NCBI RefSeq assembly: GCF_964213995.1
Contig: NW_027590198.1
Coordinates: 1-64,000 of the forward strand
Source of the DNA: Mustelus asterias
Taxonomy: Eukaryota
Length of the DNA stretch: 64,000 nt
Direction of reading: 5' to 3'
Shown: one piece after another, positions 11,458 to 22,424 of the stretch
Numbering within the stretch: position 1 is the first letter of the stretch
Layout: each line of letters begins with the position of its first letter
Translations under genes and position numbers: made by a program
The notes under the pieces: model-generated
Database searches by the model: none
Told to the model about the DNA's origin: nothing
What the model saw: the letters and a program-made list of their open reading frames with translations, nothing else

Positions 11458-11764
11458 GGGCTCAGCGCACAGTGATACACGGCAGAGTCAGAGACATGGA
11501 CCCCAGTGATATTTAAAGGAACTGTTTTCTTGTCCTTGTCCAAATCAGCAGAAAACCGGTCAGGGAAATCTGGAGACTTTTCTCCGCCCCCCGTGCTATA
11601 TTTCTGCAGTAAATATCTCGGAGCTTCCCCGGGATACTGGATGTACCAGAAGAGATTTGGAAAAGCATCCGTTGTTGTGTAATTACAATTCACTATTACG
11701 TTCAATCCTTCCTGAACCGTTAATTCAGCCGGGTCCTGGGAAACTGAATCTTGGCCATTGATTC
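11458..11764 (-). CDS. T-cell receptor V alpha/delta-type segment, V exon
   Basis: Open IgV domain GINGQDSVSQDPAELTVQEGLNVIVNCNY...LFWYIQYPGEAPRYLL...DRFSADLD...DSAVYHCALSP with both conserved Cys and the Trp; acceptor TTGCAG ends at 11765. Confidence 0.93.
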
Positions 11765-11849
11765 CTGCAACAAAATGTAGAATGTGTGAGAAATCTGTGA
11801 ACAAATATAACCCATGAAACACACACTGAGGATCTGAGCTCAGACTCAC

Positions 11850-11895
11850 CGGGCAGCGTGGTCATTGTTATCAGTAAAGCACACAGGAGATACAT
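11850..11895 (-). CDS. TCR V leader exon (signal peptide)
   Basis: ATG at 11895, MYLLCALLITMTTLP-G, phase-1 donor G|GTGAGT at 11849; the 85-bp intron splices in frame to the V exon. Confidence 0.9.
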
Positions 11896-11899
11896 GGTT

Positions 11900-12060
11900 C
11901 CTGATTGGACAGTAAGCAGCGACAATGTTTACAATAAGTTGCTGCCTCTAGTCTTATATCACAGAGTGAACTCAGATCAGAGGCAGCTTCAAGTATTCAG
12001 AAACAGGGAGGCGTTTCTCAGTGCTGCGATTGGCTCATCTCCCTGAGCTGACGTCAGCTG
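11900..12060 (-). promoter_or_regulatory. V-segment promoter: CRE, CCAAT and TATA-like boxes
   Basis: Palindrome AGCTGACGTCAGCT 12046-12059 (CRE 12049-12056), CCAAT at 12029-12033 and 11903-11907, TATAAG near 11953-11958 on the minus strand. Confidence 0.65.
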
Positions 12061-12065
12061 CGAAT

Positions 12066-12385
12066 CATAAAATCCCTGCAGTGCAGAAGGAGGCCATTCG
12101 CCCCATCGAGTCTATACCGGTCACAATACCACCCAGGCTCCACTCCCGCAACTCCATGTATTTACCCTGCGTATCCCCTGACGCTCGGGTCAATTTAGCA
12201 TGGCCAATCAACCTAACCTGCACATCTTTGGACTGTGGGAGGAAACAGGAGAACCCGAAGGGGACCCACGTAGACACTGGGAGAACATGCAAACTCAGAC
12301 AGAAAGTGATCCGAAGCCGGAATTGAACCCGGGTCCCTGACACTGTGAGACAGCAGCGCTGACCATTGTGGCATCATGCCGCCCC
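12066..12385 (-). mobile_element. V-SINE (HE1-like) with CR1-type tail
   Basis: Head, core and ggcctccttctgcactg tail match the other copies. Confidence 0.85.
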
Positions 12386-12611
12386 GTAACCAGTGAACCA
12401 ATCACTGTTAGTTAATGATTTAATATAGCTGGCACTTTCCAATCACATTCCTTCCCTGGCCGTAAACTTATTTCTAAAGTCTTTGCTCTCTCTCTGCTCT
12501 CTCCCACATCATCACTTATTCTGTCTCATTAACTGGTTAACTCGCTTTCCTCAGAACTCAGTCCATCAATCTTTCTTAAGGCAGATCCTTTTTTCTAATT
12601 TAATCATTTAT

Positions 12612-12914
12612 GGGTGACACGGTGGCGCAGTGGTTCGCATTGTTGCCTCACAGCCCCAGGGACACGGGTTCGATTCCAGCCTCGGGTCACTGTCTCTGTG
12701 GAGTTTGCACTTTCTCACCGTGTCTGCGTGGGTTTCCTCAGGTGCTCCAGTTTCCCTCCACATTCCTAAACTGTGCAGGTTTGCTGGATTGGCCACGCAA
12801 AATTACCCTAAGTGTCAGGGGATAGCAGGGTAAATATGTGGGTTACGGGGATAGGGCCTGGGTGGGATTGTTGTCGGGACAGGCTCCATCCTGCATTGTC
12901 GGGATTCAATGATT
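12612..12914 (+). mobile_element. V-SINE (HE1-like)
   Basis: ggtggcgcagtggttcgc A-box and ggttcgattcc B-box followed by the V-SINE core. Confidence 0.85.
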
Positions 12915-13039
12915 CAGCAGCCTAACGTACAGGGATTAATGAGTAGCATCCAGGACTCAACATAATTAATAGTTAGTGCTGTAAGTATACCGGGGATAAG
13001 TAGTCACTCAACTCTGCACCAGGAAATATTTCACGGACT

Positions 13040-13490
13040 CATAACATAGAAACTAGAAGCAGGAGCCTTCTCCGCCATTCATCGTAATCATAGCTGATCA
13101 TGGAATTCAATATCCTGATCCTCCTTCCCCCTCGACCCCTTTAGCCCCAAGAGCTATATCAAATTTCTTCTTGAAATCAGACAACGTTTTGGCCTCAACT
13201 ACATTCGGTGGTATTGAATTCCATACATTCAACACTCTCTGGATGAAGGAATTTCCCTTCACCTCAGTTTTTCCCTTATCTTCAAAAGATGACCCATGGT
13301 TCTGGATTCCACCATTGGGAACAGTCTTCTGGATCTACCCTGTCGAACCCTGTTAGAATTTTATAAGTTTCTATGAGACCCCCTCTCACTATTCGAAACC
13401 GCAGTGAATATAATCCTAACGGATTTAATCTCTCCTCATATGACAGAGCTGCCATCCCAGGAATCAGCATAGTAAATCTTCACTGTACCC
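13040..13490 (-). mobile_element. CR1 LINE 3' fragment
   Basis: LSYEERLNPLGLYSL...LIETYKIL peptide and a catagaa-type tail. Confidence 0.75.
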
Positions 13491-13884
13491 CTCTATTCCC
13501 CAAATAGAAAAGCTCTGATTTCAATCAGTTATTATTTCTGCTCCACGGACTTGAAAATGGAACAATTCTGAGGCTGCATTTGATAATAGATCACTTTTAA
13601 AATGTGTCGCCGGGCAGATAGGCACCGAATCCAGAATTTTTCTAAGTACAGATTAAGGAAGTTATTCACCCGGGGTAATCTGCAGATTTTGTGCGGATGG
13701 GATCGGAGAATGGTTGGATTTGATCCGGGAATAATAGGATGGCAAATGTGACATTTCACAACACTGACAATGGCTGAGCTCAGTGGGGGAATATTATTCA
13801 GCTGGGGCTGTATTGTGGCCTTCATTTCCTGCGCATTTTCGTTGAGATCCGACTCTTTTTCTCTGACCCTGAAACGTCTGCGTC

Positions 13885-13931
13885 ACTTTTTGTATGAGGC
13901 CCGCGGGAGCCTCATTCACTGTGGGTCTCAG
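13885..13931 (-). pseudogene. Orphan 23-RSS with 8-nt remnant of a V coding end
   Basis: CTGAGACC (13931-13924) + perfect CACAGTG (13923-13917) + 23-bp spacer + ACAAAAAGT (13893-13885); same strand as the intact V, whose end reads CTGAGCCC. Confidence 0.8.
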
Positions 13932-16775
13932 TGGGAATCAAATTGTTGTCTAATTGTCCCAGCAGATAACAGGTTCCTTTGAACTCTCCAGCTGCTACTT
14001 TAATGCAGACTTTAACCAATTTATTTTGAGCTGGTTTCTGTTCAATAAACTGGCACTGACACACAAACACATTAAAATATTTTAGACTTTTCTGCATTTT
14101 CAGTCTGGAAATCTAATCCTGCCATTTCACTCTCAGTCAGGAACAGATCCCAGTTTTGCACCAATCTCTGATTTAGCAGCATGCTTCCAGCATTCACTGT
14201 TGTTCTTCCTGACTCTAAACACAGTTGTAAAGGAACTTCTGTTCCTGGTCTAGGAGCGCTGAAACATAGAAGGGAGTGACTGAGATTCTTGCACATCTCA
14301 GGATTAAACCACACGGGTACTTTGCTGTCGTGAAGAGAGACGAGGAAGAGCAAAGTGCTGTTTGTCCCTCTGTGACCCTGAAGGACTGCGTCCTGTTTGC
14401 CATATGATCCACCCCCGATTGTCTTTTCTGAGCTCCAGCCTGGTGATGTTAAACAGTCAGGTGGGAAAGACAAAAATCTACAACAATTTTAAAAAACAAA
14501 GCTGGTCTATTTCATATTTATTCAGAATATTAAACCTCAACGGATGAAGACTGTCAGAGTGAACACGATTCAGTCCTGGATATGATTAACAGCATCATTA
14601 AGAGTAGAATCCAAACCTTGCAGTCGTTTGTGAACTCGCTGGTGTGTTAGCAGGTGGGATGACTGAATAAATCCCTTTCCACAGACATTACAGGTGAACG
14701 GCCTCTCCCCAGTGTGAACTCGCTGGTGTTTCAGAAGATAAGATAAATGAGAAAATCCCTTCCCACAGACAGAGCAGGTAAGTGGCCTCTCCGCACTGTG
14801 AACTTTCTGGTGTGTCAGCAGGTTGGATGACTGACTGAATCCCTTCCCACACACAGAGCAGGTGAACGGCCTCTCCCCAGTGTGAACTCGCTGGTGATTC
14901 AATAAGTTGGATGAACGAGTGAATCCCTTCCCACAGTCTGAGCAGGTGAAGGGCCTCTCCCCAGTGTGAATTCTCTGGTGGTTCAATAGGGCAGATGGAC
15001 GGCTGAATCCCTTCCCACACACACAGCAGGTGAATGGCCTCTCCCCAGTGTGAGCATATTGGTGCGTTAGCAGATCCTTTTTATTTTTAAAGCTCTTCGC
15101 ACAGTGGGAACAATTAAAAAGTTTGTTATCAGAGTGAACAAGTTGATGTGTCTGCAAGTGGGATGACTGAATGAATCCTTTCCCACACACAGAGCAGGTG
15201 AACGGTCTCTCCCCAGTGTGAATTCGTTGGTGTGTCAGCAGATCCTTTTTGCATTTAAAACTCTTCTCACAGTCAGAACATGTAAACATTCTCTCATCAG
15301 TGTGAACAAGTTGGTGTGTCACAATGTGGGATGAGCGAGTGAATCCCTTCCCACACACAGGGCAGGTGAACGGCCTCTCCCCAGTGTGAACCCGTTGGTG
15401 AGTCAGAAGGTTGTATGAATGGGTGAATCCCTTCCCACAGACGGAGCAGGTGAACGGTCTCTCCCCAGTGTGACTGCGCCGATGAACTTCCAGTTGTGAT
15501 GGGAAACCGAATCCCTTCCCACAATCCACACATTTCCACGGTTTCTCCATGGTGCGGGTGTCCTTGTGTTTCTCCAGGTTGGATGATCAGTTCAAGCCTC
15601 ATCCACACACACAACATACACGTAGTTTCACCCTGCTGTGAACTGTGATGTTTTTTCAGGCTGTGTAACTGGTTCAAGCTCTTTCCACATTCAGTTCACT
15701 GGAACACTCTCACTCGGGTGTGTGTTTGTCTCGATGCTTTTCCGGTCACACTGATGTTTAATTTCTTTGCCCACAGGCAGAACAGACAAATATTTCTCTT
15801 TCCATATTCAAAGACCAATGATATTCAGCTCCGAAGGAACTGAATGACTTTGTCAGATGTGATGTCCGGTTTGAATTTTCTGTCTGCCAATCTTTCACTT
15901 CCAATATCCTGTAAAAACAGTTTAGAAAAGTCATCACTGTCAGAACACGATACAAACTCTGAACAGACAATTCTAGTTCGTCTGGAACATTTTTTCCTCT
16001 CTTGTTCCCCCAAATCTGTAAATCTCCGTCCCACACACTCTCCCTCCTCCCTGGGCTGAAATCCAAACCCATCTCCACCATTTCTTTCCTCCACTCCCAG
16101 TTTTCTCCCTCCCTCTCCTCTGTCTGGGTTCAGTTCTCCAGCTCCTGTCTGCAGACTGACAATAAAACCAATGGGTCTTATTGGGGGTGTTGGGGCCTCC
16201 AGCGGGTGTTTGTGAATCCTCCCCGCCCACCTCCCAGGGTTTCCTTCCTTCCCAGAGATCAGAGTCCTCATTGATTTGAGGCCAAAGTGTAACCTCTTAT
16301 TTATTGTCCCCCTCCCCCATCCTCTGATGTGAACCATCCTCCAGTGGCTGAGCCAGGATGGGGCCGTTAACCTGGGCCTGTTCCCGGGAGGGAGGGAGAA
16401 GCCCCGCAGCTGCAAACCAGGGAGCTGACAATGATTCTGAAGGGTTTGCGGATCCACAAAGTGTTTCCAAATCCTCCCAGCCACCGCCTAACGCTGACTC
16501 CGCTTCTCCGGGACAAACAAGCGCCAAGGACAGCAATGACACTGCGCATGCTCCACATCACAATCTTTGGGCACTGATTGACGGCAGCTCCGGACCAATT
16601 GGAAGAGGGGGCGGGGCGGGAGGACAGAGCGTGGTCGGCTGGTCCTCCAACCAATCGGAGTGAATGAGGGGCGGGACTGGAGAACCGAGCGGGAGCGGCT
16701 GGTCCTCCAACCAATCAGAGTGAATGAGGGGAGCGGCTGGTCCTCCAACCAATCAGAGTGAATGAGGGGCGGGAC
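13932..16775. repeat. Segmental duplication unit (ZNF gene with promoter and 3' UTR), copy 1
   Basis: Colinear, highly similar direct repeat of 52191-55352; homology starts abruptly at TGGGAATCAAATTG (13932 / 52191). Confidence 0.9.
14570..15550 (-). CDS. C2H2 zinc-finger gene C (11 fingers)
   Basis: 326-aa [13 protein letters not shown]... with 11 tandem fingers; Kozak context caccATGG. Confidence 0.9.
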   Translation of the reverse strand: MEKPWKCVDCGKGFGFPSQLEVHRRSHTGERPFTCSVCGKGFTHSYNLLTHQRVHTGERPFTCPVCGKGFTRSSHIVTHQLVHTDERMFTCSDCEKSFKCKKDLLTHQRIHTGERPFTCSVCGKGFIQSSHLQTHQLVHSDNKLFNCSHCAKSFKNKKDLLTHQYAHTGERPFTCCVCGKGFSRPSALLNHQRIHTGERPFTCSDCGKGFTRSSNLLNHQRVHTGERPFTCSVCGKGFSQSSNLLTHQKVHSAERPLTCSVCGKGFSHLSYLLKHQRVHTGERPFTCNVCGKGFIQSSHLLTHQRVHKRLQGLDSTLNDAVNHIQD

Positions 16776-16800
16776 TGAGCCAGGATCTCCCTCATTGGCT
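16538..16800 (-). promoter_or_regulatory. Promoter of ZNF C: NRF1-like site plus tandem CCAAT/GC-box units
   Basis: ACTGCGCATGCTC at 16541 followed by repeated ccaatc..agtgaatgaggggcggg units. Confidence 0.65.
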
Positions 16801-17904
16801 GAAACTCTGCATCATTGTGAAAGTTGCTCTGTGTCAAAGTCCAGGAGAAAACTGGACCTTTCTGTTTGTGGCTTCAGACAGATGAGCGGAAAGAAAGGGA
16901 TCTGAAAAGCAGCAGACACTTCAGGTTATTCTGGGAGAAGTGAGGCCTGTGTAATGTCAGGTTTCACACAGCACACGGGCAGCCTGTGGTTTCACCCTGG
17001 ATGGAGAATCTCCGAATTGCATCATTCAAATCACTCCATGGAATTCTCAGGAACCACATTGTTTGTTTGGAGAGGAAGGCTTGTAGTACAGTTAATGAAA
17101 AGCAGCACACAGCTAAACACAGAGGCCCACACATTCTCTCCCGCAGTCACACACAAACGGACATCTTCTCAACGCACAGAAACCCACGAATATCAACAGG
17201 TACATGCACACAGGATATACACAGATATACTCCACGATACACACATACACTCATGGATACACTTACTCATACACAAATATACACACGGGACACTTACTGT
17301 CCTTTGGGGTGGACAACGCTCACCCATCTGTCTAATATTCGGGATAAAGTATTGCTACCTAAAAGAACCACAAAGTTCAAGAAATTTCAGGAAAAATGAC
17401 CCTCCAAGGACAATGAGCAGTCTTGACCATCCAATATTCTACCTTCTTCTCTGAAACAGAATCTTACATTCCGCACAGAAACAACAACAAACACTAACAT
17501 TAAACATTCCGTTCCCACCCTATGTTATCAGGCCCATTTGGAGATAGTAGACAATGCAGAATGTCTCAGGATAATTGCAGCCACTAATTTTCCTTTTGTA
17601 ATTACAGAAATGCTCATCCTCTCATATTGATCATCTAGTTATTGAAGGAAATATTGATTGTCTAGTTATTGAAGGAAATTCTAAGACAGGTTACAAGGAG
17701 AAACAAAATCTAATGTTATTGTAACTCTGCAGTCCAATATTCCCTTGGCCCTAATCCTTGCTGCTCTAATCTGATGGGATTAGATGTATTGCACAATACC
17801 TAGCAGGTGCCATTGACATTGTACATCTTCGCTATCAATAATACTCCTAACTTAGTATCATCCACAAACTTACTAACCATGCATTGTACATTCACATCCA
17901 AATT

Positions 17905-19130
17905 TGTTTTGATTTGATTGGATTTATTATTGTCAAATATATACAGTGAAAAGTATTGTTTCTTGCGTGCTATACAGACAAAGCATAACATTCATGGAGA
18001 AGGAAAGGAGAGAGTGCAGAATGTAGTGTTACAGTCATAGCTAGGGTGTAGAGAAAGATCAACTTAGTGCGAGGTAAGTCCATTCAAAAATCTGATGGCA
18101 GCAGAGAAGAAGATGTTCTTGAGTTGGTTGGTACGTGACTTCAAGATTTTATATTTTTTTCCCGACAGAAGAAGGTGGAAGGTGGACACTGACCTACACA
18201 AGAAAGCCAGATATGATCGAAGGAGATCCATCAAAGATGCCAAAAGACAATACCAGACCAAGCTAGAGTCCCAGGCGAGCCACACCGACCCCAATTATGG
18301 CAAGGTCTGCAAGACATAACAGGCTACAAGATGAAGGCATATAAAATTGCCAGCTCCAACGCACACCTCCCTGATGAGCTCAATGCATTCTACGTCCGTT
18401 TTGAGAAAGTGGTCAGCAAGAGCATGCCCTCCACCCTGGAAGCCCTGGATGAACCTGTATCTGGGGTCACCACTTCAGATGTCAGAGCAGCTTTCTTGAA
18501 GGTCAACCCACGGAAAGCAACTGACCCAGATGGGGTACCTGGAAATGCACTCAGATCCTGCGCGGATTAGCTGGCAGAGGTATTCACAGACATCTTCAAC
18601 CTCTCTTTACAAGAATCTGAGGTCCCTATCTGCTTCAAGAAGATGACCATCATCCCGGTACCTAAGAAAAATCAAGCAGCATGCCTTAATGACTATCGGC
18701 CGGTGGCTCTGACATCCATCATTATGAAGTGCTTCGAAAGGTTAGTCATGGCACAAATCAATTCCAGCCTCCCGGACTACCTGGATCCACTACAGTTTGC
18801 CTACCGCCGCAACAGGTCCACAGCAGACGCCATTTCCCTGGCCCTGCACTCAACCCTGGAACACCTAGATAACAAGGACACCTATGTCAGACTCCTATTT
18901 ATTGACTACAGCTCAGCCTTCAACACTATTATTCCCAAGAAACTCCTCTCCAAACTCCATGGCCTGGGCCTTGGCACCTCCTTCTCTGACTGGATCCTGA
19001 ACTTCCTCATTCATAGACCACAATCAGCAAGGATAGGCAACAACACCTACTCCATGATCATCCTCAACATTAGTGCCCCACAAGGCTGTGTTCTCAGCCC
19101 CCTACTATACTCCTGATACACCTATGACTA
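17905..19130. mobile_element. Rex1/Babar-clade LINE: 3' end on minus strand joined to an inverted RT segment
   Basis: Plus-strand [47 protein letters not shown] (18180-19130); minus-strand SRTNQLKNIFFSAAIRFLN and an (AATCA)n tail (17905-18180). Confidence 0.8.
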
Positions 19131-19134
19131 TTCA

Positions 19135-19388
19135 CTGCACAGGAGCCCAGTATGCAGGCGCAGTGCTGTATCTGGCGCATGCGCAGTGTCACTTTGCTCG
19201 GAGCCCTGCGAGTGCTGGAGACGCTTATTTCAAGGGGTGAGAATCGGTGGGGCGGAGTGAGGAATGGAGCCGGGAGTCGGGGTGGGGAGGGAGCAGAGGC
19301 TTCACAAACATCTGCTGTAGGCCGCAAGGTCTGAATAAGAGACTTCCGGTCCCGGGTTTGCAGCTCCGTGGATTTTATCCGGGATCAG
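19135..19388. promoter_or_regulatory. CpG-rich promoter segment (NRF1, GC-box and ETS motifs)
   Basis: GCGCATGCGCA at about 19175, GGGGCGG at about 19250, ACTTCCGG at about 19342. Confidence 0.55.
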
Positions 19389-20890
19389 AACATTTTGCAT
19401 TCTGGGGTAGTGCCGGTTGATTGGAAAACGGCTAATGTTACGCCGCTGTTTAAAAAAGGAAGGAGACAAAAGGCGGGTAACTATAGGCCGGTCAGCTTAA
19501 CGTCTGTAGTAGGGAAAATGCTGGAATCCATTATTAAAGAGGAGATAGCAGGGCATCTGGATAGAAATGGTTCGATCAATCAGACGCAGCATGGATTCAT
19601 GAGGGGAAAGTCGTGCTTGACGAACATGTTGGATTTTTATGAAGATGTGACTAGGGCGGTTGATGGAGGAGAACCGGTGGATGCGGTGTTTTTGGATTTC
19701 CAAAAGGCGTTTGATAAGGTGCCCCATAAAAGGCTACTGAAGAAGATTAGGGCACACGGAGTTGGGGGTAGTGTGTTAAAGTGGATTGGGGACTGGCTAT
19801 CCGACAGGAAGCAAAGAGTCGGAATAAATGGGTGTTTTTCCGGTTGGAGGAAGGTAACTAGTGGCGTGCCGCAGGGATCGGTACTCGGGCCGCAACTATT
19901 TACCATTTATATAGATGATCTGGAGGAGGGGACGGAGTGTAGGGTAACGAAGTTTGCAGACGACACAAAGATAAGTGGAAAAGTGAATCGTGTGGAGGAC
20001 GGAGAAGATCTGCAGAGAGATTTGAACAGGCTGAGTGAGTGGGCGAGGATATGGCAAATGGAGTATAACGTTGAGAAATGCGAGGTTATACACTTTGGAG
20101 GAAATAATAACAAATGGGATTACTATCTCAATGGAAACAAATTAAAACATGCTACCGTGCAAAGGGACCTGGGGGTCCTTGTGCATGAGACGCAAAAGCC
20201 CAGTCTGCAGGTACAACAGGTGATCAAGAAGGCAAATGGGATGTTGGCCTATATTGCGAAGGGGATAGAATATAAAAGCAGGGATGTCTTGATGCACCTG
20301 TACAGGGCATTGGTGAGGCCGCAGCTGGAATACTGTGTGCAGTATTGGTCCCCTTATATGAGGAAGGATATATTGGCATTGGAGGGAGTGCAGAGAAGGT
20401 TCACCAGGTTGATACCGGAGATGAGGGGTTTGGATTATGAGGAGAGGCTGAGGAGATTGGGTTTGTACTCGTTGGAGTTTAGAAGGATGAGGGGGGATCT
20501 TATGGAGACTTATAAGATAATGCGGGGGCTGGATAGGGTGGAGGCGGAGAGATTCTTTCCACTTAGTAAGGAAGTTAAAACTAGAGGACACAGCCTCAAA
20601 ATAAAGGGGGGTCGGTTTAAGACAGAGTTGAGGAGGAACTTCTTCTCCCAGAGGGTGGTGAATCTCTGGAATTCTCTGCCCACTGAGGTGGTGGAGGCTA
20701 CCTCGCTGAATATGTTTAAAGCGCGGATGGATGGATTCCTGATCGGTAAGGGAATTAAGGGTTATGGGGATCAGGCGGGTAAGTGGTACTGATCCACGTC
20801 AGATCAGCCATGATCTTATTGAATGGCGGGGCAGGCTCGAGGGGCTAGATGGCCTACTCCTGCTCCTATTTCTTATGTTCTTATGTTCTT
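19389..20890 (+). mobile_element. Young 5'-truncated CR1 LINE with open RT frame
   Basis: Uninterrupted ORF to TGA at 20792, 3' UTR, (TTCTTATG)n tail, candidate TSD ATCAG at 19384-19388 and 20891-20895. Confidence 0.92.
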
Positions 20891-20985
20891 ATCAGGCCCA
20901 GTGCCGCGGCCGCCATCTTTGTTTAGCGGGGAGCAGAGCGCATGCGCGGCCAGTGGGCGGAGCTTCAGGATTTGGGTGACCAGGA
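20891..20985. promoter_or_regulatory. CpG-rich promoter segment (YY1, NRF1 and GC-box motifs)
   Basis: GCCGCCATCTT at about 20910, GCGCATGCGC at about 20938, GGGCGG at about 20955. Confidence 0.55.
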
Positions 20986-21664
20986 GAGACAATGTTTGAG
21001 TCATTGACTGACAGGCCGGGTTAATGGATGCTGCCTTTCACCTTCTCAATTTGCAGCGACGGCTCGCCGTCTTTTATACACTTTAATCATACAGACATTA
21101 GCGGTTACTTCGTCATTAGCTTTGGGTGGTTACCTGTACTTAGCCAATTGGGCTCCCCTCGCAATAATTGACCTCCAATCACATTCCTTCAAAAACAACC
21201 GTTAACAAAAGCCCACAAGTTTCGGTTCCGCTTTATCTTAAGCTAAGCTGACCATCTGGACCTCGCGGTCTGGTTTTTTTTGTCTGTTCCGTATTTTTTA
21301 TACAATAACAAGCTGTAGCTCAAAGGTTAGTTCGTTATTTAGTCAGCAACAGAATGATCTTTGTTAACCACAGGATAAGTGCTGGGTGCAGCCGGTCCTG
21401 TAGTCACGTACGCATTAACTTTCAACGGTCACAGTCTTAATTTCACTCCAACAATCACATCTCATTTATCTAAAATCCAATGAGCACAGATGCACCCTGC
21501 CGAACCTTTCCTCATAAAACAGACCTCTTCATGCCCGAAATCAGCTCATGAACCTTGTCTGAATAGCTTCCAATGTAAGTATATTCCATCTTAAGTAATC
21601 TTATGCTAGAAAACAGGAGGGGAGAATGTTATGGATTTATATTCAGGGCGGACAAATGACTGTT

Positions 21665-21998
21665 GGGGGTGACACAGTGGTTAGCACTTCTGTCTCATAG
21701 CGCCAGAGACCCGGTTCAATTCCAGCCTCGGGTGATTGTCTGTATGAGTTTGCACATTCTCCCTCTGTCTGTGTGGGTTTCCTCTGGGTGCTCTGGTTTC
21801 CTCCCACACTCCAAAGAGTGGGTTGACCGACCATGCTAAATTGTCCCTTTGTGTCCCAAGATGAGGGGGAAGGAAAGGATTAGTGATGTACGTACATCAG
21901 GTTTCAGGTATAGGGCCTGAGTAAAGGTGATCTGTTAGAAACTTGGTGCAGACTCGATGGGCTAAAAGGCCTCCTTCTGCACTGCAGAGATTCTGTGA
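21665..21998 (+). mobile_element. V-SINE (HE1-like)
   Basis: Head, core and CR1-type tail. Confidence 0.8.
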
Positions 21999-22424
21999 TT
22001 TTTGGAATCTCCTTTTACAGATGGTTAGAAGAAGAGGATTTTGACAGCAATCTCAAGCCCCCCAAAAATGTGTATTTCTTAATTTCAAGCCACAATTGAC
22101 ACATGACTCTTGTAATCTCCTTTTGCAGGGAGTTGGAACATTTGAAGATTGCAATTTTTCTCTGATTCCAGTGCTTCTGACATCTTTCCAGCCGCAGGTT
22201 TTAAATGAGAAAATAGTGAAATTGTTTCAGAGGTGAGTATTATTGAACATTTACCTATAATTTTGAATTTTCGTCCTGTGCTCTGTTATCTGTACTCTGG
22301 TTCCACATCTCTGGGGCTGGTGTGACTCCGTTACTGTGGATCTGAATCCATGTCCATCCATTGCTTTGTTTCAGCTCTGCCCTCCCTGATCACCTCTCTG
22401 TCATTGTCAGTTCAGAGAAGGATC

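Noticed and set aside
9880-11475. 531-aa ORF with a Gly-rich N-terminus
   Set aside because: Chance fusion of a SINE stub, the G-run repeat, a CR1 RT fragment and the antisense of the V 3' flank; not a coherent gene.
16954-17454. 166-aa and 137-aa His/Thr-rich ORFs
   Set aside because: Arise from CA-rich low-complexity sequence; no domain recognisable.
20993-21453. Possible solo LTR (TGTTTGAGT...ACTCCAACA with a minus-strand TATA)
   Set aside because: No matching TSD and no poly(A) signal found; could be a truncated LTR but not supportable.
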